Source: Bdellovibrionales bacterium (GTDB taxonomy: Bacteria > Bdellovibrionota > Bdellovibrionia > Bdellovibrionales > JAGQZY01). From it: a stretch of 64,000 nt of DNA. The position numbers and the translations under genes are program-made. Shown one piece after another: positions 56,584-64,000 of the stretch (positions within the stretch are counted from its first letter, which is position 1; each line of letters begins with the position of its first letter). The notes under the pieces are model-generated. The model saw only the letters and a list, made by a program, of their open reading frames with translations. It ran no database searches and was not told where the DNA came from. The stretch is taken from contig CAXRHT010000001.1 in the NCBI GenBank assembly GCA_964230645.1, forward strand, positions 896,001-960,000, written 5' to 3'.

Positions 56584-57234
56584 TTATTCCACATCAATAG
56601 TGATGGCTCTTAGCCGCTTTTCGTCGAGAATCTTGATCTCGCGACCTTCTTGGGAAATTAGTCCTTGTTTTTCAAGCTCACCCAATGTCTTTATCACTGT
56701 GGGCGTGCGACTGGCGATAAAGTTTGCGATCTCAGATCGAGTCCACAAATGCTCCGGGTAGAGTTTTTTAAGAGTGAGTAATGAAGAGGCGACTCGAGTC
56801 GACACGTCCGCGTCGGTGTTCATCATTCTTCTGATCTCTGAACGCCTTAGCTCTCTTGAGAGAAGTTGCATCAAAGCCAGTGACAGTGAAAAATCCGCTT
56901 CAAGCTTTTGTAGAAAATCTTTTTTCCCCAACTTTTTCGCTAGGCTTGTTTCTAGACATTTCGCTGTGGCGTGGTAGGGCTCATTAGCCACCATGGATCG
57001 GTGCCCCACTGTTCGGCCGGGATGAAAAATTCTAAGGATATGCTCCTGACCTTTGACCGATGATCGTAAAAGAGCAACCAACCCACTTTCCAAATAATAA
57101 ACAGACTCAGGATCGTCACCTTCCCGATAGAGAATCTCCCCTTTTTTCAGAGTGACTTCTTGGGCCGTTTTGAAAATTTCAGATAAATTTCCGATAGAAC
57201 TTTTGCTTCCAGCCATACACCAAAATTCTAGCAT
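56584..57234 (-). CDS. Crp/Fnr family transcriptional regulator
   Basis: cNMP-binding domain (LYREGD..YYLESG); HTH TRSEIANFIASRTPTVIKTL; start may be ATG 57216. Confidence 0.88.
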   Translation of the reverse strand: MLEFWCMAGSKSSIGNLSEIFKTAQEVTLKKGEILYREGDDPESVYYLESGLVALLRSSVKGQEHILRIFHPGRTVGHRSMVANEPYHATAKCLETSLAKKLGKKDFLQKLEADFSLSLALMQLLSRELRRSEIRRMMNTDADVSTRVASSLLTLKKLYPEHLWTRSEIANFIASRTPTVIKTLGELEKQGLISQEGREIKILDEKRLRAITIDVE

Positions 57235-57301
57235 AGTCTTAGGATCTAGGGCACCTAATTAATTATAGATCCTTTGTTTGCGGGCATGTTAAGGTCTTGG
57301 T

Positions 57302-58210
57302 ATGAAAAAATTAAATCTCTGTTTTTTACTCTTTCTTCTTTGCTCCTGCGCTTCAGTTCAAAAGGCTAACAATTCTTCTCCCACAAAAAAGACCCTTCAG
57401 GTGGCCTCTGTTCAGTTCCCGATTGAAGGTAAGAAAAGTGAAAAAGAGTTTTTAAAAAAGGTGAAGAACTATATTGAAGAGGCGCGCTCTAAAAATGCAG
57501 AATTGATTGTTTTTCCAGAGTTATTCTCTCTTGATCTCTGGCCGATTGGATCAAAGTTAAAAGATCGAAAGATTGTTGAAAAAATAGCGAGCCACTCTCC
57601 AAGTATCCTCAATTCTTTGATTAAATTTTCAAGTCAATACAGTATCGACGTCCTTGCAGGTTCCCTACCCGTTCTGGAAAAGGGTAAACTTTTTAATCGA
57701 AGTTTTTATATAAAGCCTTCAGGAGAACTCATCCCTCAAGATAAGCTCACCCTTACACCTTGGGGAAAGGAGGTGGGATTTACTATAGGCAGTAAGATTA
57801 AAACCATTCCTACCTCTATTGGTCATGTGGTCATCCTTATTTGCTACGATGCCGAGTCTCCACAAATTTCTAATGCTTTAACAAATAATAACGTCGACCT
57901 GATTTTAGTGCCATCAATGACAGAAAGTGAGGAGGGGTTTCGGCGAGTGTCACTTTCTTCAAAAACCAGGGCTATTGAGCATCATGCCTATGTGGTCGTA
58001 AGCGGAACTGTAGGAAGCCCCGAAAAGCAGTGGCTAAACATTGGCCAAGCAGGATTTTTCAATCCCCAATATCCTGGCTATCCAGCCTTTTCACAAGTGG
58101 GAAAAAAGAATAAGCCTGGTCTCAGTGTTTTTGAGTTTGATATGGAAAAACTAAGAAAGACCAAAAAAGAAAAGCGGTTTTATCCTGCTAGTGAGACTCT
58201 AGATCTTTAG
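57302..58210 (+). CDS. Carbon-nitrogen hydrolase (nitrilase superfamily) with lipoprotein leader
   Basis: Glu-Lys-Cys triad motifs VFPEL, QDKL, ICYDAE; RAIE; LCSC lipobox. Confidence 0.85.
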   Translation: MKKLNLCFLLFLLCSCASVQKANNSSPTKKTLQVASVQFPIEGKKSEKEFLKKVKNYIEEARSKNAELIVFPELFSLDLWPIGSKLKDRKIVEKIASHSPSILNSLIKFSSQYSIDVLAGSLPVLEKGKLFNRSFYIKPSGELIPQDKLTLTPWGKEVGFTIGSKIKTIPTSIGHVVILICYDAESPQISNALTNNNVDLILVPSMTESEEGFRRVSLSSKTRAIEHHAYVVVSGTVGSPEKQWLNIGQAGFFNPQYPGYPAFSQVGKKNKPGLSVFEFDMEKLRKTKKEKRFYPASETLDL

Positions 58211-59592
58211 TCAGCTTGCCTTAAGTTCATACTCTTCCATTTGCCTTGTTTAAATCTCATAATCAAAAGAATGGATATGGCAACCATATAGACAATCACA
58301 AACTTCCATGAGAGAAGCAGTCCCTCAGGGGACTTCATAAAAAGGATGGCTGGTAAAACCATGAGAGGCCAAGGTACGATCAGTGCCACATAGGATACAA
58401 AGGCCGTATCCCCAGCACCTTTCAGCGCAAAAGAAATATTCAAATAGATACAATCAAACAAAATAAAAATGGCTACAATTTTTAAAAGCTTTGGAACCGT
58501 GGCCGCTACCTCGCTCCACAATTGTGGGTTTTGGGGGTTGCTAAACCAAGAGATGTAAAATTCAGGGATCAGCCAAAAGCTTGAAGCCACAAGACTGATA
58601 TAGATAAACGAAATTCCCACGCCATGCCAAGTTGTCTTGATGGCGGCTTTGATATCGCTCTCTCCCATTTTTTGCCCGACAAGAGTTAAAACTGACTGAG
58701 CAATTCCCATAGAAGGAAGGACTGAGAGCATCATTATGGTCACAGCTATACTCGAGCTTGAAAGGGCCACATCACCATTAGGCAGGCGCCCGATGATAAT
58801 CAAAAACACAGCGAATGCTAAGCCTTCTAAAGCCCACTGCATTCCACTGGGTATTCCATATTTTAGGAATTTCTTAATATAGTTTGTATTCAATCTCCAA
58901 GAAGACCGCATCCGGAAAAGCTTCTCTTGGTTTTTGTGAGAGAGTAGGTAAATGCAAAAAACGATGCCGGCATATCCAGAAAGAGCGGTGGCATAACCAG
59001 CTCCTTTAATTCCCATGGCAGGAAAGCCCCATTTTCCAAAAATGAGCAGTGGGTCTAGAGCGAGGTTAAAGATTAGGCCTACAAAGTTTATAGCAATGAC
59101 TGTTTTTGTTCGACCAATCCCCGTGTAAAACCCACTAATCGCTGCAATAAAGGCCATTGGTAAGGCCGAAAATGCCAATGAATTGAAGTAGTCGACTTCA
59201 AGAGCTTGGATGGAATCAGAATGGCCGACCATCTCAAAGAACCAAGGGGTGAAAAGGTTAAGGATGAGAAAAAGAAGACCACCGAAGACACTAATATATA
59301 TTGATTGCCATACGTAAGAGCCAATTTTGCGCTCCTCGCCTGCGCCTTGGTACTGTGCCACGAAGGCTGTCACATAACTTGCCGTCTGCTGAAGCAGAGC
59401 CATGGGAACCCAGAAAACTCCCATCACAGACATCGCAGCCCCCAAAGCCTCGGTGGAGTAGGCCCCAAGGAAAATTCGATCCACAGTGAGTTGAATGTTC
59501 CAAAAGCTATTGGCAATGATCAGGGGCCAGGCAATATGTAAAATATTTTTGGTTGTATTCCAGTCTAATTTTCTCATTACTTGCTCACCCAA
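58207..59592 (-). CDS. MATE family efflux transporter
   Basis: IAWPLI, VDRIFLG, LIFGKWGFPAMGIKGAGYAT, LKGAGDT; 12-TM pattern. Confidence 0.9.
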   Translation of the reverse strand: MGEQVMRKLDWNTTKNILHIAWPLIIANSFWNIQLTVDRIFLGAYSTEALGAAMSVMGVFWVPMALLQQTASYVTAFVAQYQGAGEERKIGSYVWQSIYISVFGGLLFLILNLFTPWFFEMVGHSDSIQALEVDYFNSLAFSALPMAFIAAISGFYTGIGRTKTVIAINFVGLIFNLALDPLLIFGKWGFPAMGIKGAGYATALSGYAGIVFCIYLLSHKNQEKLFRMRSSWRLNTNYIKKFLKYGIPSGMQWALEGLAFAVFLIIIGRLPNGDVALSSSSIAVTIMMLSVLPSMGIAQSVLTLVGQKMGESDIKAAIKTTWHGVGISFIYISLVASSFWLIPEFYISWFSNPQNPQLWSEVAATVPKLLKIVAIFILFDCIYLNISFALKGAGDTAFVSYVALIVPWPLMVLPAILFMKSPEGLLLSWKFVIVYMVAISILLIMRFKQGKWKSMNLRQAD

Positions 59593-59640
59593 AAAACAGA
59601 GTCTTTGCTGAGCTGATCTTTCCTATTTTGTGGCCCCCTG

Positions 59641-62600
59641 TCAATCAACAGTTGCGGGCTTTTCTTCGAAATTCGCTACTTTCTCATCGGGCTCCATTTG
59701 GTCGATAAAAAGAGAGTAAAGGGAAGGTAAAATCACTAAAGTTAAAAGAGAGGAGGAGATCATCCCCCCAACCACCACAGTCGCCAGAGGCTTTTGCACC
59801 TCGGCTCCTAGGCCAGAGGAAAACATCATTGGTAGAAAACCGAAGATGTCGGTGAAGGCTGTCATTAAAACGGGACGCAGCCGCGCTTTAACACCTTGCT
59901 TAGCGATCTCGTCAGAACTTTTACCTTTCTTATAGAGGCGATTGAAATAGCTGATCAATACAACTCCATTTAAAATACTGATCCCACTAAGGGCTATAAA
60001 ACCAACTCCAGCCGAAATACTAAAGGGCATTCCTTGGAGGAGGAGCGCCAGTACTCCTCCAACCAGTGCTAACGGAGCACAGGCAAAAATTAAAACCACC
60101 TGGTAGAAATTCTTGAAGGCGCCATAGAGCATGCAAATAATTAGGAGAAGAGATAAGGGAACAAGGACAGAGAGTCTTTCTTTAGCTTTGATTAAATTTT
60201 TAAAACTTCCGCCCCACTCTATGAAATAGCCTGCAGGAAGATCGAGCTCTTCTTTTACTTTTTTCCTAGCTTGTTGCACGAATCCTTCAATATCTCGGGT
60301 GCTAGGGTTTATAAGGACAGCCATTCTTCTTTGAGAGTTTTCCCTGCTAATGTCAGAGAAGGTTTTTGTAAATTCGATCTCCGCAAGATCTTTTATGGGA
60401 AGGGTAAACCCTTCAGAGATACCCACGGGAAGGTTCTTAACAAGATCAATATTTTTACGCTCCTCAGAGGAGAGTCTTGTGACGATGGGATACTGCCGAA
60501 CTCCGTCGTATATTACTCCCATCTTGCGTCCACCAATGGCTGTCTCAATAGCATCTAAAACGGGGCGCTCGGTGACACCAAGCTTGGCCAGTGTATTTTT
60601 CTTTGGAGTGTATTGTAACATGGGCGCAAAGCCTTGGGATTGTGATTCGGCTCCAGCAACTCCTGGAACCTCTCGCAGAATGTCAGCCAATTTTTCTGAA
60701 AGTGATATGAGCTGATCCATATCCTCCCCATAGATTTTCGCCGACACTTCAGCGCGGGTTCCCTCTAATAGCTCATTGAAGCGAAGCTCCACAGGTTGGG
60801 AGACCAGGAGAGCTTGCGCTGGCACGAGCTTTTCAAGTTTTGCCTTCACCTTTTTTATCAGTTGAGACTTTGTTTTTATTTTTGAATCTTCGGGCCAATC
60901 AGACTTTGGATGAAGCATCACAAAGGTATCAGCGATATTTATACTCATGGGGTCGGTGGTGACTTCAGAAGCGCCGATTTTTGAAAAAACTTTTTTAACT
61001 TGGGGAAACTCACCAATAACCTGATCGGATAATTTCTGTAAGGCCACAGCATTCTCAGCACTGACATTGGCCGGACGTATCATCTGTAAGGAAAAGTCAC
61101 CCTCATCAAGTTGCGGAATAAACTCAGCCCCAAGAAAATTGAAGGTCGTAATTCCTGAGGTAATTAATAATAGGGTCACAGCGAGCACAAGCTTTTTAAA
61201 GCGTAAAGCTAGATTGAGAACTGGGTCAATGAGCCGTTGAGCAATCCTAAAGACAAAAGGAGTTTTCTCTTTGGGGTCTCCACTTAGGAACGTGGCTGCA
61301 AGAGCTGGTACTAAAGTGAAGGAAAGCGAAAGGGCTGAGCCTAGAGCCATTACGAAGGTCATAGCCATGGGGCCGAACATTCGGCCCTCGATCCCCGTTA
61401 AGGCAAAAAGAGGAATAAAGGTGACTATAACAATAAGCTCCCCAAAACCAGCAGCCTGGCGAATCTCCGAGGTGGCTTTCGTTACTATGTTTTTAACCTC
61501 TTCGCGAGAGAGCTTACGCCCCAAAATCTCCTTTTCCTCTCGAATGCGCCTGACACAGTTTTCAATCACAATCACCGCGCCATCGATAATAATTCCAAAA
61601 TCAAGGGCACCAAGGCTCATCAGGTTTCCGGAGACTTTATAGATTTTCATAAGTGAAAAGGTAATTAATAAAGAGAGAGGAATGGTTAAGGCTGTAATAA
61701 GAGCGGCCCTTAGGTTTCCCACCATCATCAATAAAACCAATACAACCAGAAGAGCACCCAAAACCAGATTATGTTCCACGGTTGAAAGGGTGGCATTTAC
61801 CATTTTTGAGCGATCATATAAAATCTCTAGACGCACGCCTTGGGGCAGGTCTTCCTTAATTTCAAGTAGTTTTTCTTTAACTGCAATAGCCACTGTTCGG
61901 CTGTTTTCTCCAAGAAGCATAAAGGCCGTTCCGATCACGGCCTCTTTTCCCGAGACAGTAGCGGCACCGGTGCGGATCTGCTTATCGAGCTCTACTTTGG
62001 CGATATCCTTGATCCTAATGACTTCAAAAGTAGGCAGCCTTTTAACTATTACATTTGAGATATCCTCTTTGGTTTGCAGAAGACCCACACCACGAATTAG
62101 AACTTGCTCTCCAGTCTGTTGGACAAATCCTCCACCCACATTTTTATTAGATTGTGAAAGAGCTTTTTGAATATCATCGAAATGAAGTCCGTATCGCGCC
62201 ATTTTTTTAATGTTGGGCTGAATGTAGTATTGCTTTTCAAAACCTCCGATGGTGTTCACTTCTGTGACACCCTTCACATTCAGTAGACGAGGCTTAATGA
62301 CCCATTCTTGTAGACTGCGAAGCTCCATGAGCTGCTCTAATCTCTTTTGCTCTCCTTTTGCCTTATTCTCGTATTCAATAGAGTAATGAAAAATCTCTCC
62401 AAGCCCTGTGCTTATGGGCCCCATTTTCGGCGTGAGCCCCTTAGGGAGAGAAACATTTTGGATCTTTTCGCCAATTAACTGCCTGGCTTGATAGATGTCG
62501 TAGTCTTCCTCAAAAATCACCGTGACCTGAGAGATGCCATACTTCGAAACAGATCGAATATTTGTCACCCCAGGTATACCGTTCATTGAATATTCAATGG

Positions 62601-62799
62601 GAAAGGTCACCATCCGTTCTACCTCTTCGGGAACAAGTCCAGGTACTGAGGTGTTGATTTGCACCTGTGTATTTGTGATATCAGGAACGGCATCAATGGG
62701 AAGGGTTAAAAAAGATTTCCCTCCCACTACCGTCATGGCTAAAAAGAAAACAAAAACGAAAATTCTATTTTTAACTGAAAATTCAACAATTTTATTCAT
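59641..62799 (-). CDS. czcA: CusA/CzcA heavy-metal RND efflux transporter
   Basis: LPIDAVPDITNTQVQ, NLMSLGALDFGIIIDGAV, RLRPVLMTA, GAEVQKPLATVVVGG. Confidence 0.92.
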   Translation of the reverse strand: MNKIVEFSVKNRIFVFVFFLAMTVVGGKSFLTLPIDAVPDITNTQVQINTSVPGLVPEEVERMVTFPIEYSMNGIPGVTNIRSVSKYGISQVTVIFEEDYDIYQARQLIGEKIQNVSLPKGLTPKMGPISTGLGEIFHYSIEYENKAKGEQKRLEQLMELRSLQEWVIKPRLLNVKGVTEVNTIGGFEKQYYIQPNIKKMARYGLHFDDIQKALSQSNKNVGGGFVQQTGEQVLIRGVGLLQTKEDISNVIVKRLPTFEVIRIKDIAKVELDKQIRTGAATVSGKEAVIGTAFMLLGENSRTVAIAVKEKLLEIKEDLPQGVRLEILYDRSKMVNATLSTVEHNLVLGALLVVLVLLMMVGNLRAALITALTIPLSLLITFSLMKIYKVSGNLMSLGALDFGIIIDGAVIVIENCVRRIREEKEILGRKLSREEVKNIVTKATSEIRQAAGFGELIVIVTFIPLFALTGIEGRMFGPMAMTFVMALGSALSLSFTLVPALAATFLSGDPKEKTPFVFRIAQRLIDPVLNLALRFKKLVLAVTLLLITSGITTFNFLGAEFIPQLDEGDFSLQMIRPANVSAENAVALQKLSDQVIGEFPQVKKVFSKIGASEVTTDPMSINIADTFVMLHPKSDWPEDSKIKTKSQLIKKVKAKLEKLVPAQALLVSQPVELRFNELLEGTRAEVSAKIYGEDMDQLISLSEKLADILREVPGVAGAESQSQGFAPMLQYTPKKNTLAKLGVTERPVLDAIETAIGGRKMGVIYDGVRQYPIVTRLSSEERKNIDLVKNLPVGISEGFTLPIKDLAEIEFTKTFSDISRENSQRRMAVLINPSTRDIEGFVQQARKKVKEELDLPAGYFIEWGGSFKNLIKAKERLSVLVPLSLLLIICMLYGAFKNFYQVVLIFACAPLALVGGVLALLLQGMPFSISAGVGFIALSGISILNGVVLISYFNRLYKKGKSSDEIAKQGVKARLRPVLMTAFTDIFGFLPMMFSSGLGAEVQKPLATVVVGGMISSSLLTLVILPSLYSLFIDQMEPDEKVANFEEKPATVD

Positions 62800-62810
62800 A
62801 ACTAAAATTC

Positions 62811-63194
62811 CTAATGGGAGTGTCCGTATTCTGATTTGTCGGTTGAGAATATATCGCTGATTGCAATAAGCTCTTTGCCTTGAGTAACTATTGCATCACC
62901 TAAGCTGGGCTTTTTATCCATTTCGCGGAATTTAAAATAACCATCCTTTAATTGGTAATAGCCCTTTTTTTCTTTGACATAAACTATGGCTGTGGAGGGG
63001 ATTTTAAAATCATCACTATCCACTTTTTGAGTTTTTATATTCAGAAGCTTTTCGGACTCTTTAGAGAGTTTAAAGCCCTTTTTATCATCGACATCAACAA
63101 TGGCTTTATGAGGACCGAAACGATGGGATTTGCCATGATGGTCTCCGTGGTCGCCACTCGCAAAAAGAAATAGGCTTAATAATAATACCATCAT
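62811..63194 (-). CDS. Small His-rich periplasmic protein resembling a truncated CzcB/CusB adaptor
   Basis: Signal peptide; DHGDHH and GHSH ends; KLS..LLNIKT joined to IPSTAIV..GDAIVTQG; lies between TolC-like and czcA genes. Confidence 0.6.
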   Translation of the reverse strand: MMVLLLSLFLFASGDHGDHHGKSHRFGPHKAIVDVDDKKGFKLSKESEKLLNIKTQKVDSDDFKIPSTAIVYVKEKKGYYQLKDGYFKFREMDKKPSLGDAIVTQGKELIAISDIFSTDKSEYGHSH

Positions 63195-64000
63195 GGAGCC
63201 TCCTGGATACCTAGGACATCGTATAGTCGTCCTGTGAATTGACTTAATTTTAGAAAAGACTTTTGAGCTAGAATCTCATGACGATCACGGTCCTCCATCA
63301 AGGAGAGAAGCTGATCATGGCCATCGATCATCGAAGGAATTGAAATCAGTCCCCTTAAAAATAGCCGCTCAATGCGGTGATGCTTTTCAAGAAGATCCTT
63401 TTTGTTTGGAATCATACGAAGAGTATCAAAGGTGGTTTTATAGGTGGCCAATAAATTTTCAACCACCACCTCATTCTCTTCTTTTTTAAAGCTAAGTTGA
63501 GTCTTCAGAAGTCGATACTCATTGCTCGCGCGCTGCCGCCCTCCACGGTTCCAGTTAATAATAGGTAGATCTACCTTTAACGACAGGCCAAAGCGGTCAA
63601 CTCTTCGCCCCAGTTCTTCTTCAATTTGAAAAGAGGGTCCAATTTTAAGGTCCGGATAAACTCTCGACTTTTCAAACGAAATCTTTTGCTCTGTCCACCG
63701 GGTCTCGTACTGCATTTCTCTATAATCACTGCTAATGGCCTGTGAGTGTTCCACGTTTTGTGGTGCCACTAAGGGCTTGGATTCAAGGTCCATATCGATT
63801 TTGCAGTTACTCTTTGCATAAAAACCAATAAGATTATCAAGTTTTGTTTTTTCGATGATTAAATCTGAAATTTTCAGTCGGTGTTTGCTGACCTCCATAT
63901 CCACAATATCCAATTGAATTTTCTGCTCTGGAGAGAGCTGACGATTTCGTTTTAGGGAATTTCGCATCTTGATAAATACTTGCAGTGATTCTTGATACAA
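63191..64000 (-). CDS. TolC/CzcC-family outer membrane efflux protein (5' end outside window)
   Basis: YPDLKIG..GLSLKVDLPIINWNRG; F.RGLIS; upstream of the RND gene. Confidence 0.8.
   Translation of the reverse strand: MYQESLQVFIKMRNSLKRNRQLSPEQKIQLDIVDMEVSKHRLKISDLIIEKTKLDNLIGFYAKSNCKIDMDLESKPLVAPQNVEHSQAISSDYREMQYETRWTEQKISFEKSRVYPDLKIGPSFQIEEELGRRVDRFGLSLKVDLPIINWNRGGRQRASNEYRLLKTQLSFKKEENEVVVENLLATYKTTFDTLRMIPNKKDLLEKHHRIERLFLRGLISIPSMIDGHDQLLSLMEDRDRHEILAQKSFLKLSQFTGRLYDVLGIQEAP

Overview
Bacterial chromosomal window, most likely from a Bdellovibrionota-type predatory bacterium. This is inferred from several F-Q-N-C lipoprotein leaders, secreted proteins ending in C-x-x-[IV]-F, paralogous XRE regulators and many secreted hydrolases. 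It holds about 58 CDSs and one tRNA-Pro(TGG) at 11261-11337; I found no rRNA, CRISPR array, integrase or transposase. The main find is a tightly coupled five-gene operon directly behind the tRNA (11695-17215): a ribbon-helix-helix regulator, a 517-aa protein with two LAGLIDADG-like motifs, a 333-aa predicted alpha/alpha-barrel protein and two SPPY-type amino-DNA methyltransferases. It looks like a restriction-modification/defence system without a conventional restriction nuclease. A second notable locus (34538-44307) is a divergent cluster of secreted proteins: a papain-like protease with a MACPF-like protein, two paralogous CxxC coiled-coil hairpin proteins, and a HExxH protease with a DUF4214-like partner. 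Also present are a duplicated HK-RR/XRE module, a 12-repeat Cys-rich lipoprotein, recurring intergenic motifs, hflKC, a sulfur-handling operon and a CzcCBA-like efflux locus with a miniature adaptor. All calls come from reading motifs by eye; no searches were run.
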